The notes under the pieces were generated by a model that saw nothing but the letters and a program-made list of their open reading frames with translations, searched no databases and was not told where the DNA came from. A stretch of 13,663 nucleotides of DNA from positions 1 through 13,663 of the IMG/VR virus record IMGVR_UViG_3300045988_016520; one strand, given 5' to 3'. The DNA comes from a virus. This document shows positions 1 to 5,979 of this stretch, piece after piece (the stretch's first letter is position 1; every line of letters starts with the position of its first letter). A program made the position numbers and the translations under genes.

Positions 1-85
1 AAATTTTCCCCCAACCCCCTATTTTTTTGTGCAAAATGTCAATAGACACAAAATATAGTGCCCACGCCCCATAGGGTAGGGGAGT
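1..85. repeat. Left inverted terminal repeat (85 bp)
   Basis: Positions 1-85 (aaattttcccccaaccccct...atagggtaggggagt) are the exact reverse complement of 13579-13663. Identity stops at 86 (a, versus the complement of c13578). The repeat starts 5'-AAA, contains C5-AA-C5 tracts, and carries a 7-bp internal inverted repeat ttttgtg (25-31) / cacaaaa (47-53). Confidence 0.97.
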
Positions 86-123
86 ATAGCAATTTTTACA
101 ATGTATATAGCAACATATACAAT
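85..123 (+). repeat. Two imperfect 18-nt direct repeats spaced 21 bp apart, immediately inside the left ITR
   Basis: tatagcaatttttacaat (85-102) and tatagcaacatatacaat (106-123). They share tatagcaa and acaat, and each ends in a TACAAT -10-like hexamer. Confidence 0.5.
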
Positions 124-131
124 TTGCTGTG

Positions 132-140
132 TGGTATAAT
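132..140 (+). promoter_or_regulatory. Candidate extended -10 promoter (TGgTATAAT) for the rightward early operon
   Basis: tggtataat at 132-140 matches TGnTATAAT. No good -35 hexamer sits 16-18 bp upstream (aacata). It lies about 180 nt upstream of the first gene, in an AT-rich non-coding stretch. Confidence 0.4.
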
Positions 141-320
141 ATAGACAACGAAAAAACACAGAAAGTAGGGTTGACGAATGAACAGCTTATTCAATTCTGT
201 ATTAGAAACTGCCTCTTTGTTTAAAAAACTGTGATGGCTATTCGCAAAGTACAATATTAAAAGCGGAAGTAAATAAAAAATACAATAAGTATCATTTTTT
301 GAAAAGCGAGGTGAAAACCC

Positions 321-506
321 ATGAAAGAAAAAATTAAGATTACAATCACTTTAACCGATGATAACATCGTTTTGTATGGTGAGAATACGCAAGACTTGAC
401 CGAAGATGACATCATTGACATCAACAAGATGCTAGCCAGTCTCGCTAAGACTCCAAGTATTTTACAGGAAGGATACCCAACAAATGAAAAAAGAAGTCGT
501 GATTAA
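321..506 (+). CDS. Small acidic early protein, paralogue A (61 aa), unknown function
   Basis: ATG at 321 is preceded by gaggtg (309-314). The gene sits in an AT-rich region. About 57% identical (29 of 51 aligned positions, by eye) to the adjacent 484-660 product. Confidence 0.7.
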   Translation: MKEKIKITITLTDDNIVLYGENTQDLTEDDIIDINKMLASLAKTPSILQEGYPTNEKRSRD

Positions 507-660
507 AATTACTTTGACCGATGATAACATTACTCTTGATGGTCAGAACTTGCCAGAACTGACCGAGAATGACATTATTGATAGTATCAAGGTGCTTGTC
601 ACTCTTGCCAAGACTATGAATCTTATATGGGAAGGAGACTCAACAGATGGAAATGCGTAA
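484..660 (+). CDS. Small acidic early protein, paralogue B (58 aa), not in the supplied ORF track
   Basis: Hand translation from ATG 484 gives MKKEVVIKITLTDDNITLDGQNLPELTENDIIDSIKVLVTLAKTMNLIWEGDSTDGNA, with TAA at 658-660. RBS aggaagga at 468-475. It overlaps the upstream gene by 23 nt and the downstream gene by 14 nt. It shares the ITLTDDNI..L.G.N...LTE.DIID..K.L..LAKT core with paralogue A. Confidence 0.7.
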   Translation: MKKEVVIKITLTDDNITLDGQNLPELTENDIIDSIKVLVTLAKTMNLIWEGDSTDGNA

Positions 661-919
661 ATTCGTCATCGAGATTCACCCCGACGGCACGTTGACGTGC
701 TGCGAGTATGAGGACCCTAAAGAATCCTTCCGGGCCGCAACTGAACGTGCGTGGCTGGCCGGTTATCGGCAAGCACTCAAGCATTGCGACGAGCAGGTGA
801 ACACGCTTAAGGGTTACAAAGGCACTTGCCAATCATCCGCTCTCATGTACCAGGGGGCCGAATCCGTTCGCTATGTGGTGTTATCGGCCTATCGTAAATA
901 CCTTAACACAAAAAAATAA
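647..919 (+). CDS. Hypothetical early protein (90 aa, four Cys)
   Basis: ATG at 647 with RBS gaaggaga (631-638). Codon usage shifts to the GC-rich style of the rest of the genome. No motif recognised. Confidence 0.65.
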   Translation: MEMRKFVIEIHPDGTLTCCEYEDPKESFRAATERAWLAGYRQALKHCDEQVNTLKGYKGTCQSSALMYQGAESVRYVVLSAYRKYLNTKK

Positions 920-925
920 GTCGAA

Positions 926-964
926 ACGGCCCTCGGGCCGTCCACCGGGACCGCCCGCCCGGTG
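926..964 (+). promoter_or_regulatory. Two back-to-back GC-rich hairpins without a U-tract
   Basis: acggccc-tc-gggccgt (926-941) and caccggg-accgcccg-cccggtg (943-964), 7 nt after the stop codon at 919. The following sequence is ttgataag, not a T-run. Confidence 0.4.
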
Positions 965-1001
965 TTGATAAGACAGGGCACATATTGAAAGGAGTTATAT
1001 T

Positions 1002-1310
1002 ATGGATTTTCGTAACAAAAAGAGTGCAACCCGCAAGAGTGCCCATAAAACTGCTATGACATTCGTTAAATTGAATGAAGTGGAGGGGCCCCTGCAGATC
1101 GAGGATGGCGCCATGTGGCTTAAATCTGGCAAGTATGATGCTCCATCAGTGTCTATTAAGGTAGATCCGGATGCGACGCTGTTCGACTGGGTGCGCAAGA
1201 TCTTTTTGCGCAACGTTGAGCTGTCCGTTGAGGAGAACGAGAAGGGCTATTCTGAACTTATCATCTCCGGCCAGAGCGGTACCGATGACACCGGCGATCT
1301 ACCATTCTAA
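1002..1310 (+). CDS. Hypothetical early protein (102 aa). Possible DNA-binding or SSB-type replication accessory protein, by position only
   Basis: ATG at 1002 with RBS gaaaggag (988-995). The N-terminus is basic (RNKKSATRKSAHK). It lies upstream of the TP/polymerase pair, as phi29 genes 6 and 5 do in transcription order. No motif recognised. Confidence 0.6.
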   Translation: MDFRNKKSATRKSAHKTAMTFVKLNEVEGPLQIEDGAMWLKSGKYDAPSVSIKVDPDATLFDWVRKIFLRNVELSVEENEKGYSELIISGQSGTDDTGDLPF

Positions 1311-1345
1311 ACGGTGGGAGATCTACCATTCTAAACGGTGGGCGA
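1293..1345 (+). repeat. 24-bp tandem repeat, about 2.2 copies, spanning the stop codon of the 102-aa gene
   Basis: ggcgatctaccattctaaacggtg (1293-1316), ggagatctaccattctaaacggtg (1317-1340), then partial ggcga (1341-1345). Each full unit carries a GATC (1296-1299 and 1320-1323) and a TAA. Confidence 0.9.
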
Positions 1346-1367
1346 CCTATGGTCGCCCTTATTTTAT
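1340..1367 (+). terminator. Intrinsic terminator or attenuator
   Basis: 8-bp stem gggcgacc (1340-1347) / ggtcgccc (1351-1358) with loop tat, followed by ttatttta. It merges into the shared 15-nt box ttattttataggagg (1359-1373). Confidence 0.6.
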
Positions 1368-1377
1368 AGGAGGCCAC

Positions 1378-1608
1378 ATGAAAAGTAAAGACAACAGAGT
1401 GTCCTTGCTGAATTGCGATGACTCCCTGATATATATAGCATCTGCCATTGTATACAGTGGAGTCGCGGCAGAAGATGTTAATTTTTTCCGTTCTGAATGG
1501 GCCAAAATCATTTTCGATGGTCTTGGCATTGAAGCGGACCCTCTGGACTGGTATTATATGATCCTAAATAGGAAGGAGCGTTTGAAGCATGGCAGCAGGC
1601 GCAGCTAA
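1378..1608 (+). CDS. Hypothetical early protein (76 aa)
   Basis: Internal ATG of track ORF 1171-1608, preceded by aggagg (1368-1373) and placed just after the terminator hairpin. The upstream part of the track ORF overlaps gene 1002-1310 and the repeat/terminator. Confidence 0.6.
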   Translation: MKSKDNRVSLLNCDDSLIYIASAIVYSGVAAEDVNFFRSEWAKIIFDGLGIEADPLDWYYMILNRKERLKHGSRRS

Positions 1609-2188
1609 AGCAAGAGCAACCCTTAAATACAGTCCAGAGCTATACACCCCGTACGCTTTGGAGTCGTGGCCCGATAGTCAGATGCGCAAAGAATACACTC
1701 GATTGCGTGACATTGCGCAGAAACGTATTAAGCGCTTATCAAAAGACCCCATCAGCGGCACCAGCGACATTTATAAAGAATTTGCCGGGGGGTTCCCAAC
1801 TCTAAAGGCAATGCGCGGAGACCGTAAAGCATCGGAGCAGGCCCTTGCAGATGTAGCGCGGTTTGTTCGCTCCAAAGGCTCTACCGTTGGTGGTGCGCGT
1901 GCAGAATTTGAGCAAAAAATGAAAGTGGGCGGTATTGATATAGCCGACGTTCCCGAGGATCAATACACATCCATGTCCGAGTGGTGGGAGATCGTTAAAG
2001 CGTCGGGCGTGTATTACTATCCGTCTGACCAGCCGGTCATGTACTGGCGCGAGAAAGGCGGCTACAACGTCAGTATTGACGATTTTGTAAAGTGGCAGCA
2101 AGGTGAGGTCAACTATGGCACAGAGTGGGACTATAGCGAGGGGAGCAGCTCTGCCGACTTGCGCGGAGGTTTTGGTGGAGGCTTGTAA
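1589..2188 (+). CDS. Candidate terminal protein (199 aa), assigned by position and composition only
   Basis: Directly upstream of and overlapping the protein-primed PolB gene, the usual TP position. RBS aggaaggag (1571-1579). The N-terminal half is basic (KRIKRLSK). The C-terminal half is acidic and rich in Tyr and Ser (YYYPSD, NYGTEWDYSEGSSS). No sequence motif recognised. Confidence 0.4.
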   Translation: MAAGAAKARATLKYSPELYTPYALESWPDSQMRKEYTRLRDIAQKRIKRLSKDPISGTSDIYKEFAGGFPTLKAMRGDRKASEQALADVARFVRSKGSTVGGARAEFEQKMKVGGIDIADVPEDQYTSMSEWWEIVKASGVYYYPSDQPVMYWREKGGYNVSIDDFVKWQQGEVNYGTEWDYSEGSSSADLRGGFGGGL

Positions 2189-4205
2189 TTACAATCCGGT
2201 TCCCTGGCTCATGGAGCACCTGGACAGAAAGCACACTAAAGGCAAGAAGCGCAAAACAAACAAAAAACGATTGTATGTGGATATGCCTTGCGCATTTGAT
2301 ATTGAGACTAGCCGAGTATGTATTGACGCCGACGACAACCCCCACACCATTATGTATATATGGCAATGTCAACTTGGTTTGGATATTACCATTATTGGCA
2401 GGACGTGGGATGAGTGGTTAAATTTTACAGGTGCGATCAGCGACTACTTGCAAGCTAACAGCGGCCCGCAAGGTGACTGGTTTCTGTGTATGTACGTTCA
2501 CAATTTGGCCCACGAATTCCAATATTTGTCGGGTGTTCTGGATTTTGGTCCCGGTGACGTATTCGCCAGCAAGCCCCGGCGCGTTCTGAAATGTGACAAC
2601 CGCGCTATTGAATATAGGTGCAGTATGAGACACAGTAACTTGTCCCTTGATGCTTGGGGTAAGCAGCTGGGTGCCCCACATGCCAAATTGACCGGTACAC
2701 TCGATTATTCAAAAGTGCGGTATCCCTGGACTCCCCTGACATCTACAGAATTAGCGTATTGTGTCAATGATGTCCGGTGTATTGTAGAGTGCTTGTTAAT
2801 TGAGATGAAGCGAGACGGCGACGACCTGTATACATTACCATTAACGCGCACCGGGTACGTCAGACGAATGGCCCGTGAAGCAATGTACAAATGGGGCATT
2901 AACCGGGTCAAGCGTCTACTGCCATCGTGGGAATTGTATCAAATGCTGCGTGAGGCATTCCGAGGTGGCGACACGCACGCCAACCGCTATTATGTGGGTC
3001 TGCACCTAGAAAACGTCGGATCCGTGGATATGTCGAGCGCTTACCCCGCAGTGCAATGCGAATGCTATTTCCCAATGACTCCATTTAGGCAGGAGCCAGC
3101 CACCGTCGAGCGGCTGATGCAATGTATGAGACACGGCAAGGCGTGCCTCATGCGCTTGCAAGTAAAAGGCTTGCGCCAGCGGTTCAAGTGGTGGGGATTT
3201 CCCTATATCCCACTTGCAAAAGTTCGGCACTGTGAAGGATACATAAACGACAATGGCCGCTTGCTGTCTGCCGATCATTTTGAAATCACCATTACAGATA
3301 TAGATTTTAGAATCATTGCCAAAGAATATGATTGGTACGCCCTTAACGTTCTGGACCTTTACACTTCTGATTATGGCAAATTGCCTAAACCGTTGACGGA
3401 CTGTGTTAAAGAGAGTTACACCGGCAAGACATCCCTTAAAGGTGTAGCCGGTCAAGATTTGTATTATGTTAAGGCCAAGGGCGATCTTAACAGCTATTAC
3501 GGTATGACTGCGCAGGACCCCTTGCAGCTGGATACACTTTTTGACGAGGACGACTCCGACAATCTTTGGAGCGAATGCACTGACGACCCAGAGGGCAGTT
3601 ATAACGAGCACCGCCCCCATTTGTTTCTACCGTACCAATGGGGCGTGTGGACAACGGCCCACACGCGAAAGCGCTTGAAAATAGCGCAATGGGCAGCTGG
3701 CAAGAATGGCGTGTACTGTGATACCGATTCCGTCAAATACATGGGCAATATTGATTTGTCGGGCTTTAACAAAGCCGTAAAGCAACTTGCAAAAGACAAC
3801 GGCGCTTGTGCCACCGACCCAAAAGGCCACACCCATTATATGGGTGTGTACGAGCAGGAGCGCAGCTATGCGGAGTTTATGACGTGGGGCGCTAAAAAAT
3901 ACGCGACTACTTATAAAAAAGGCGGGCCTATCACTACTACCATAGCAGGAGTTAGCAAGCGTAAAGGCGGTTTGGAGCTGGCCCTGTGGGGCGGTTTCGA
4001 AGTATTCAAGCCCGGGTTTACGTTTTGTCTTGCCGCCGGAAATCAGGTTATTTATAATGATCGTCCAAACGTGCCGGATTTTGTGGTAGATGGACATACT
4101 GTCCACATCACCCGCAATTTGTGTATTTGTGATAATACCTATACACTCGGCATTACGGACGAGTATGCAAAGATACTCGGGTATAAGATCATGGAGGTTA
4201 CATAA
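2115..4205 (+). CDS. Family B DNA polymerase, protein-primed (phi29 gp2-like) type
   Basis: Exo I FDIET (D codon at 2298). Exo II HNLAHEF. Exo III YCVNDV. Motif A DMSSAYP. Motif B KGDLNSYYG. Motif C YCDTDS (3714-3731). KxY as GAKKY. The start is uncertain: ATG 2115 has gagg 6 nt upstream, and alternatives are GTG 2103, GTG 2175 and ATG 2211. Confidence 0.93.
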   Translation: MAQSGTIARGAALPTCAEVLVEACNYNPVPWLMEHLDRKHTKGKKRKTNKKRLYVDMPCAFDIETSRVCIDADDNPHTIMYIWQCQLGLDITIIGRTWDEWLNFTGAISDYLQANSGPQGDWFLCMYVHNLAHEFQYLSGVLDFGPGDVFASKPRRVLKCDNRAIEYRCSMRHSNLSLDAWGKQLGAPHAKLTGTLDYSKVRYPWTPLTSTELAYCVNDVRCIVECLLIEMKRDGDDLYTLPLTRTGYVRRMAREAMYKWGINRVKRLLPSWELYQMLREAFRGGDTHANRYYVGLHLENVGSVDMSSAYPAVQCECYFPMTPFRQEPATVERLMQCMRHGKACLMRLQVKGLRQRFKWWGFPYIPLAKVRHCEGYINDNGRLLSADHFEITITDIDFRIIAKEYDWYALNVLDLYTSDYGKLPKPLTDCVKESYTGKTSLKGVAGQDLYYVKAKGDLNSYYGMTAQDPLQLDTLFDEDDSDNLWSECTDDPEGSYNEHRPHLFLPYQWGVWTTAHTRKRLKIAQWAAGKNGVYCDTDSVKYMGNIDLSGFNKAVKQLAKDNGACATDPKGHTHYMGVYEQERSYAEFMTWGAKKYATTYKKGGPITTTIAGVSKRKGGLELALWGGFEVFKPGFTFCLAAGNQVIYNDRPNVPDFVVDGHTVHITRNLCICDNTYTLGITDEYAKILGYKIMEVT

Positions 4206-4621
4206 TGAACAACGCGTTGTTTACAAGCAAAACGGGACTGTGGGAAACTCCACAAGAATTTTTCGATAAGCTGAACCGGGAGTTCGATTTCACATTAGAC
4301 GCTTGTGCGACACCAGAGAATGCCAAGTGTATAAACTTTTATTCTCCAGAGCAAGACGGCCTGAGCATGCCGTGGAATGGGCGCGTTTGGTGCAATCCGC
4401 CGTATGGCAGACAGGTTGGCCAGTGGGTCAAAAAAGCGTATATGAGTGCACAGACCGGAGCTCTTGTGGTGTTGCTGCTGCCCGCTAGAACCGACACCGC
4501 ATGGTTCCATGATTATATTTACCGGAGAGCGGAGATCCGTTTTGTTAGAGGAAGACTAAAGTTTGGAGGAAGCAGAAACAGTGCTCCATTCCCTTCCATG
4601 GTATGTTTTTTTAGGGGGTAA
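4205..4621 (+). CDS. DNA N6-adenine methyltransferase, phage Dam-like family (138 aa)
   Basis: Catalytic NPPY (WCNPPYG). Family-typical WETPQEFFDKLNREFDFTLDACA, LLPARTDTAWFH and RGRLKFGG..NSAPFPS. TAATG overlap with polB. RBS ggagg at 4193-4197. Confidence 0.88.
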   Translation: MNNALFTSKTGLWETPQEFFDKLNREFDFTLDACATPENAKCINFYSPEQDGLSMPWNGRVWCNPPYGRQVGQWVKKAYMSAQTGALVVLLLPARTDTAWFHDYIYRRAEIRFVRGRLKFGGSRNSAPFPSMVCFFRG

Positions 4622-4625
4622 CAAG

Positions 4626-5687
4626 ATGATTAAACTTTATACCGATGAAGGTTGGCCGAACTTTTCCGAAAAGGACGGCATCTTGTCAACTGGGGTACCC
4701 ATTATTTTTATATGGGGCGGACGTGGCACCGGAAAGACCTATGGAGCGCTAAAGCACGTCCACCAGACCGAAGAGGAATTTCTGTATTTGCGTCGCACGC
4801 CACAGCAGGCGGAACTTATTTGTGCGTCACCCAGTATGTGGCCGTGGTCTCCGTTGAACGACGATTTACAAACGCATTACGCCCCGTTCAAATTGCCCAA
4901 GATAGCGGGACTATATGAAGTGGGCAACGCAGGAGCCTACACGGATACAGGAGCGCCCATTAAACCAGCCAAGATGTCGGGCGTAGTGGGTAGTGTGGTC
5001 ACTCTTGCCCGCACCCGTGGTTTTTCAAGTCCCCACACCAATATAATCATCTTGGATGAATACCAGAAAGAAGAGTCCGACTATTACCGGCGCGGTGAGG
5101 GCGTGGGCCTTGCTAACATTTATGAAACGGTCAACCGAAACCGCGAATTACAAGGGCAAAAGCCCCTGACGCTGCTGTGTATGTCGAATGCTGTTGGCAT
5201 GGCGAACCCCTATTATATGCAATGGGAGATAACCGACACAGTAGAAAAGATGATCGGCAAGAAAGAGCGCGTAAAGCTGCTTGCTGATAAAGGCATTCTT
5301 TTGATTGATCTTGTGGATAGCCCTATTGCAAAGGAAAAAGCAAATACGGCCCTCTATAGGTCCATGACCGGCACAGATTTTTACAGATCAGCTATCGAGA
5401 ATCAGTACAGCGCCGAAGAAAAGAGTTTGGTTGTGTCCCGGCCCTTGCGTGAATACTACCCGCTTGTACAAATTGGGCGGTGTTGCATCTACGAACATAA
5501 GAGCAGACCACTATATTATGTATGCCGCCACAGGTCTGGCGAGATGCCCACCTATGGCACCGGCGACTATGAGCGAAAACGTTTTAGGGCCGCGTATGGG
5601 TACATCTGGCCCGCATACTTGCAGCGGCAACTTGAATTTGAGCGGTACTCGGATGAAATTTTCTTCCGTGAATATTGCGGTACTTGA
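4626..5687 (+). CDS. DNA encapsidation (packaging) ATPase, phi29 gp16-like (353 aa)
   Basis: Walker A GGRGTGKT, followed by YLRR as in gp16 (GARGIGKS...YVRR from memory). Walker B IIILDE. ATG 4626 follows aggggg (4613-4618) and the methyltransferase stop at 4621. The TTG 4563 extension in the track overlaps the methyltransferase. Confidence 0.85.
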   Translation: MIKLYTDEGWPNFSEKDGILSTGVPIIFIWGGRGTGKTYGALKHVHQTEEEFLYLRRTPQQAELICASPSMWPWSPLNDDLQTHYAPFKLPKIAGLYEVGNAGAYTDTGAPIKPAKMSGVVGSVVTLARTRGFSSPHTNIIILDEYQKEESDYYRRGEGVGLANIYETVNRNRELQGQKPLTLLCMSNAVGMANPYYMQWEITDTVEKMIGKKERVKLLADKGILLIDLVDSPIAKEKANTALYRSMTGTDFYRSAIENQYSAEEKSLVVSRPLREYYPLVQIGRCCIYEHKSRPLYYVCRHRSGEMPTYGTGDYERKRFRAAYGYIWPAYLQRQLEFERYSDEIFFREYCGT

Positions 5688-5712
5688 CTTTTTTACGCAG
5701 TTGTTATATATT
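5684..5712 (+). promoter_or_regulatory. Sigma-A-type promoter TTGACT-17-TATATT (candidate late promoter)
   Basis: ttgact (5684-5689, overlapping the ATPase stop), a 17-nt spacer, then tatatt (5707-5712). The predicted start near 5719-5720 coincides with the base of the downstream long helix. Confidence 0.55.
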
Positions 5713-5714
5713 AA

Positions 5715-5792
5715 AGTTAATCCCCGGTGCCCACAGGCAGCCCCCAGAAGGGGCGGGCAAGCGTCAGCCAGCGCAAGAACCGGGGATTTACT
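5715..5792 (+). ncRNA. Structured RNA element (three-helix junction) between the ATPase and late genes. Could be a leader, a terminator or a small RNA
   Basis: Perfect 10-bp closing helix aatccccggt (5719-5728) / accggggatt (5779-5788), extendable to 5715-5792 with one mismatch. Inner hairpin gcccc (5740-5744) / ggggc (5750-5754), stacked on gccc (5729-5732) / gggc (5755-5758) with a 7-nt bulge. A small third hairpin lies at 5761-5774. Confidence 0.5.
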
Positions 5793-5817
5793 TGTATCTG
5801 CATTGGAGGTGTACAAA

Positions 5818-5976
5818 ATGGATGCTAATAGTATGATTCAGGCTATTTCTAACGTGGGTTTTCCCATTGCCGCGTTCTTGCTGATGTGGTATCAGTGCAA
5901 CACCGTTGTTAAGGAGAACACGGCGGCTATCACCGAGATGCGGCTTGCTCTGGACGACATCAAGAAGGAGAGTTGA
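5818..5976 (+). CDS. YvrJ-like small membrane protein (52 aa), possible holin
   Basis: ATG 5818 with ggagg (5805-5809). Single hydrophobic segment ISNVGFPIAAFLLMWY. The N.GFPI motif resembles the YvrJ family as recalled. It is the internal part of track ORF 5431-5976. Confidence 0.55.
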   Translation: MDANSMIQAISNVGFPIAAFLLMWYQCNTVVKENTAAITEMRLALDDIKKES

Positions 5977-5979
5977 CTA

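Noticed and set aside
171-176. TTGACG as the -35 element of an early promoter
   Set aside because: No acceptable -10 hexamer lies at 16-18 bp spacing (attctg or ttctgt). It is kept only as a note within the left-end finding.
1171-1377. N-terminal extension of track ORF 1171-1608
   Set aside because: It overlaps gene 1002-1310 in another frame and runs through the 24-bp repeats and the terminator hairpin. A strong AGGAGG precedes the internal ATG at 1378.
3006-4106. Minus-strand ORFs of 204 aa (3006-3620) and 159 aa (3627-4106)
   Set aside because: Both are antisense to the polB gene, whose frame carries all canonical polymerase motifs. They have no RBS and no recognisable motifs.
4563-4625. 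TTG-initiated N-terminal extension of the ATPase ORF
   Set aside because: It overlaps the 3' end of the methyltransferase gene. ATG 4626 has its own RBS directly after the methyltransferase stop codon.
5719-5792. A 74-nt element of tRNA-like length
   Set aside because: The closing helix is 10 bp rather than 7. The inner hairpin loop is 5 nt rather than a 7-nt anticodon loop. There is no TTC-type T-loop and no D-arm.
5431-5817. Upstream part of track ORF 5431-5976 (181 aa)
   Set aside because: It overlaps the ATPase gene out of frame and reads through the promoter and the structured RNA. The real gene is the RBS-preceded 52-aa segment starting at 5818.
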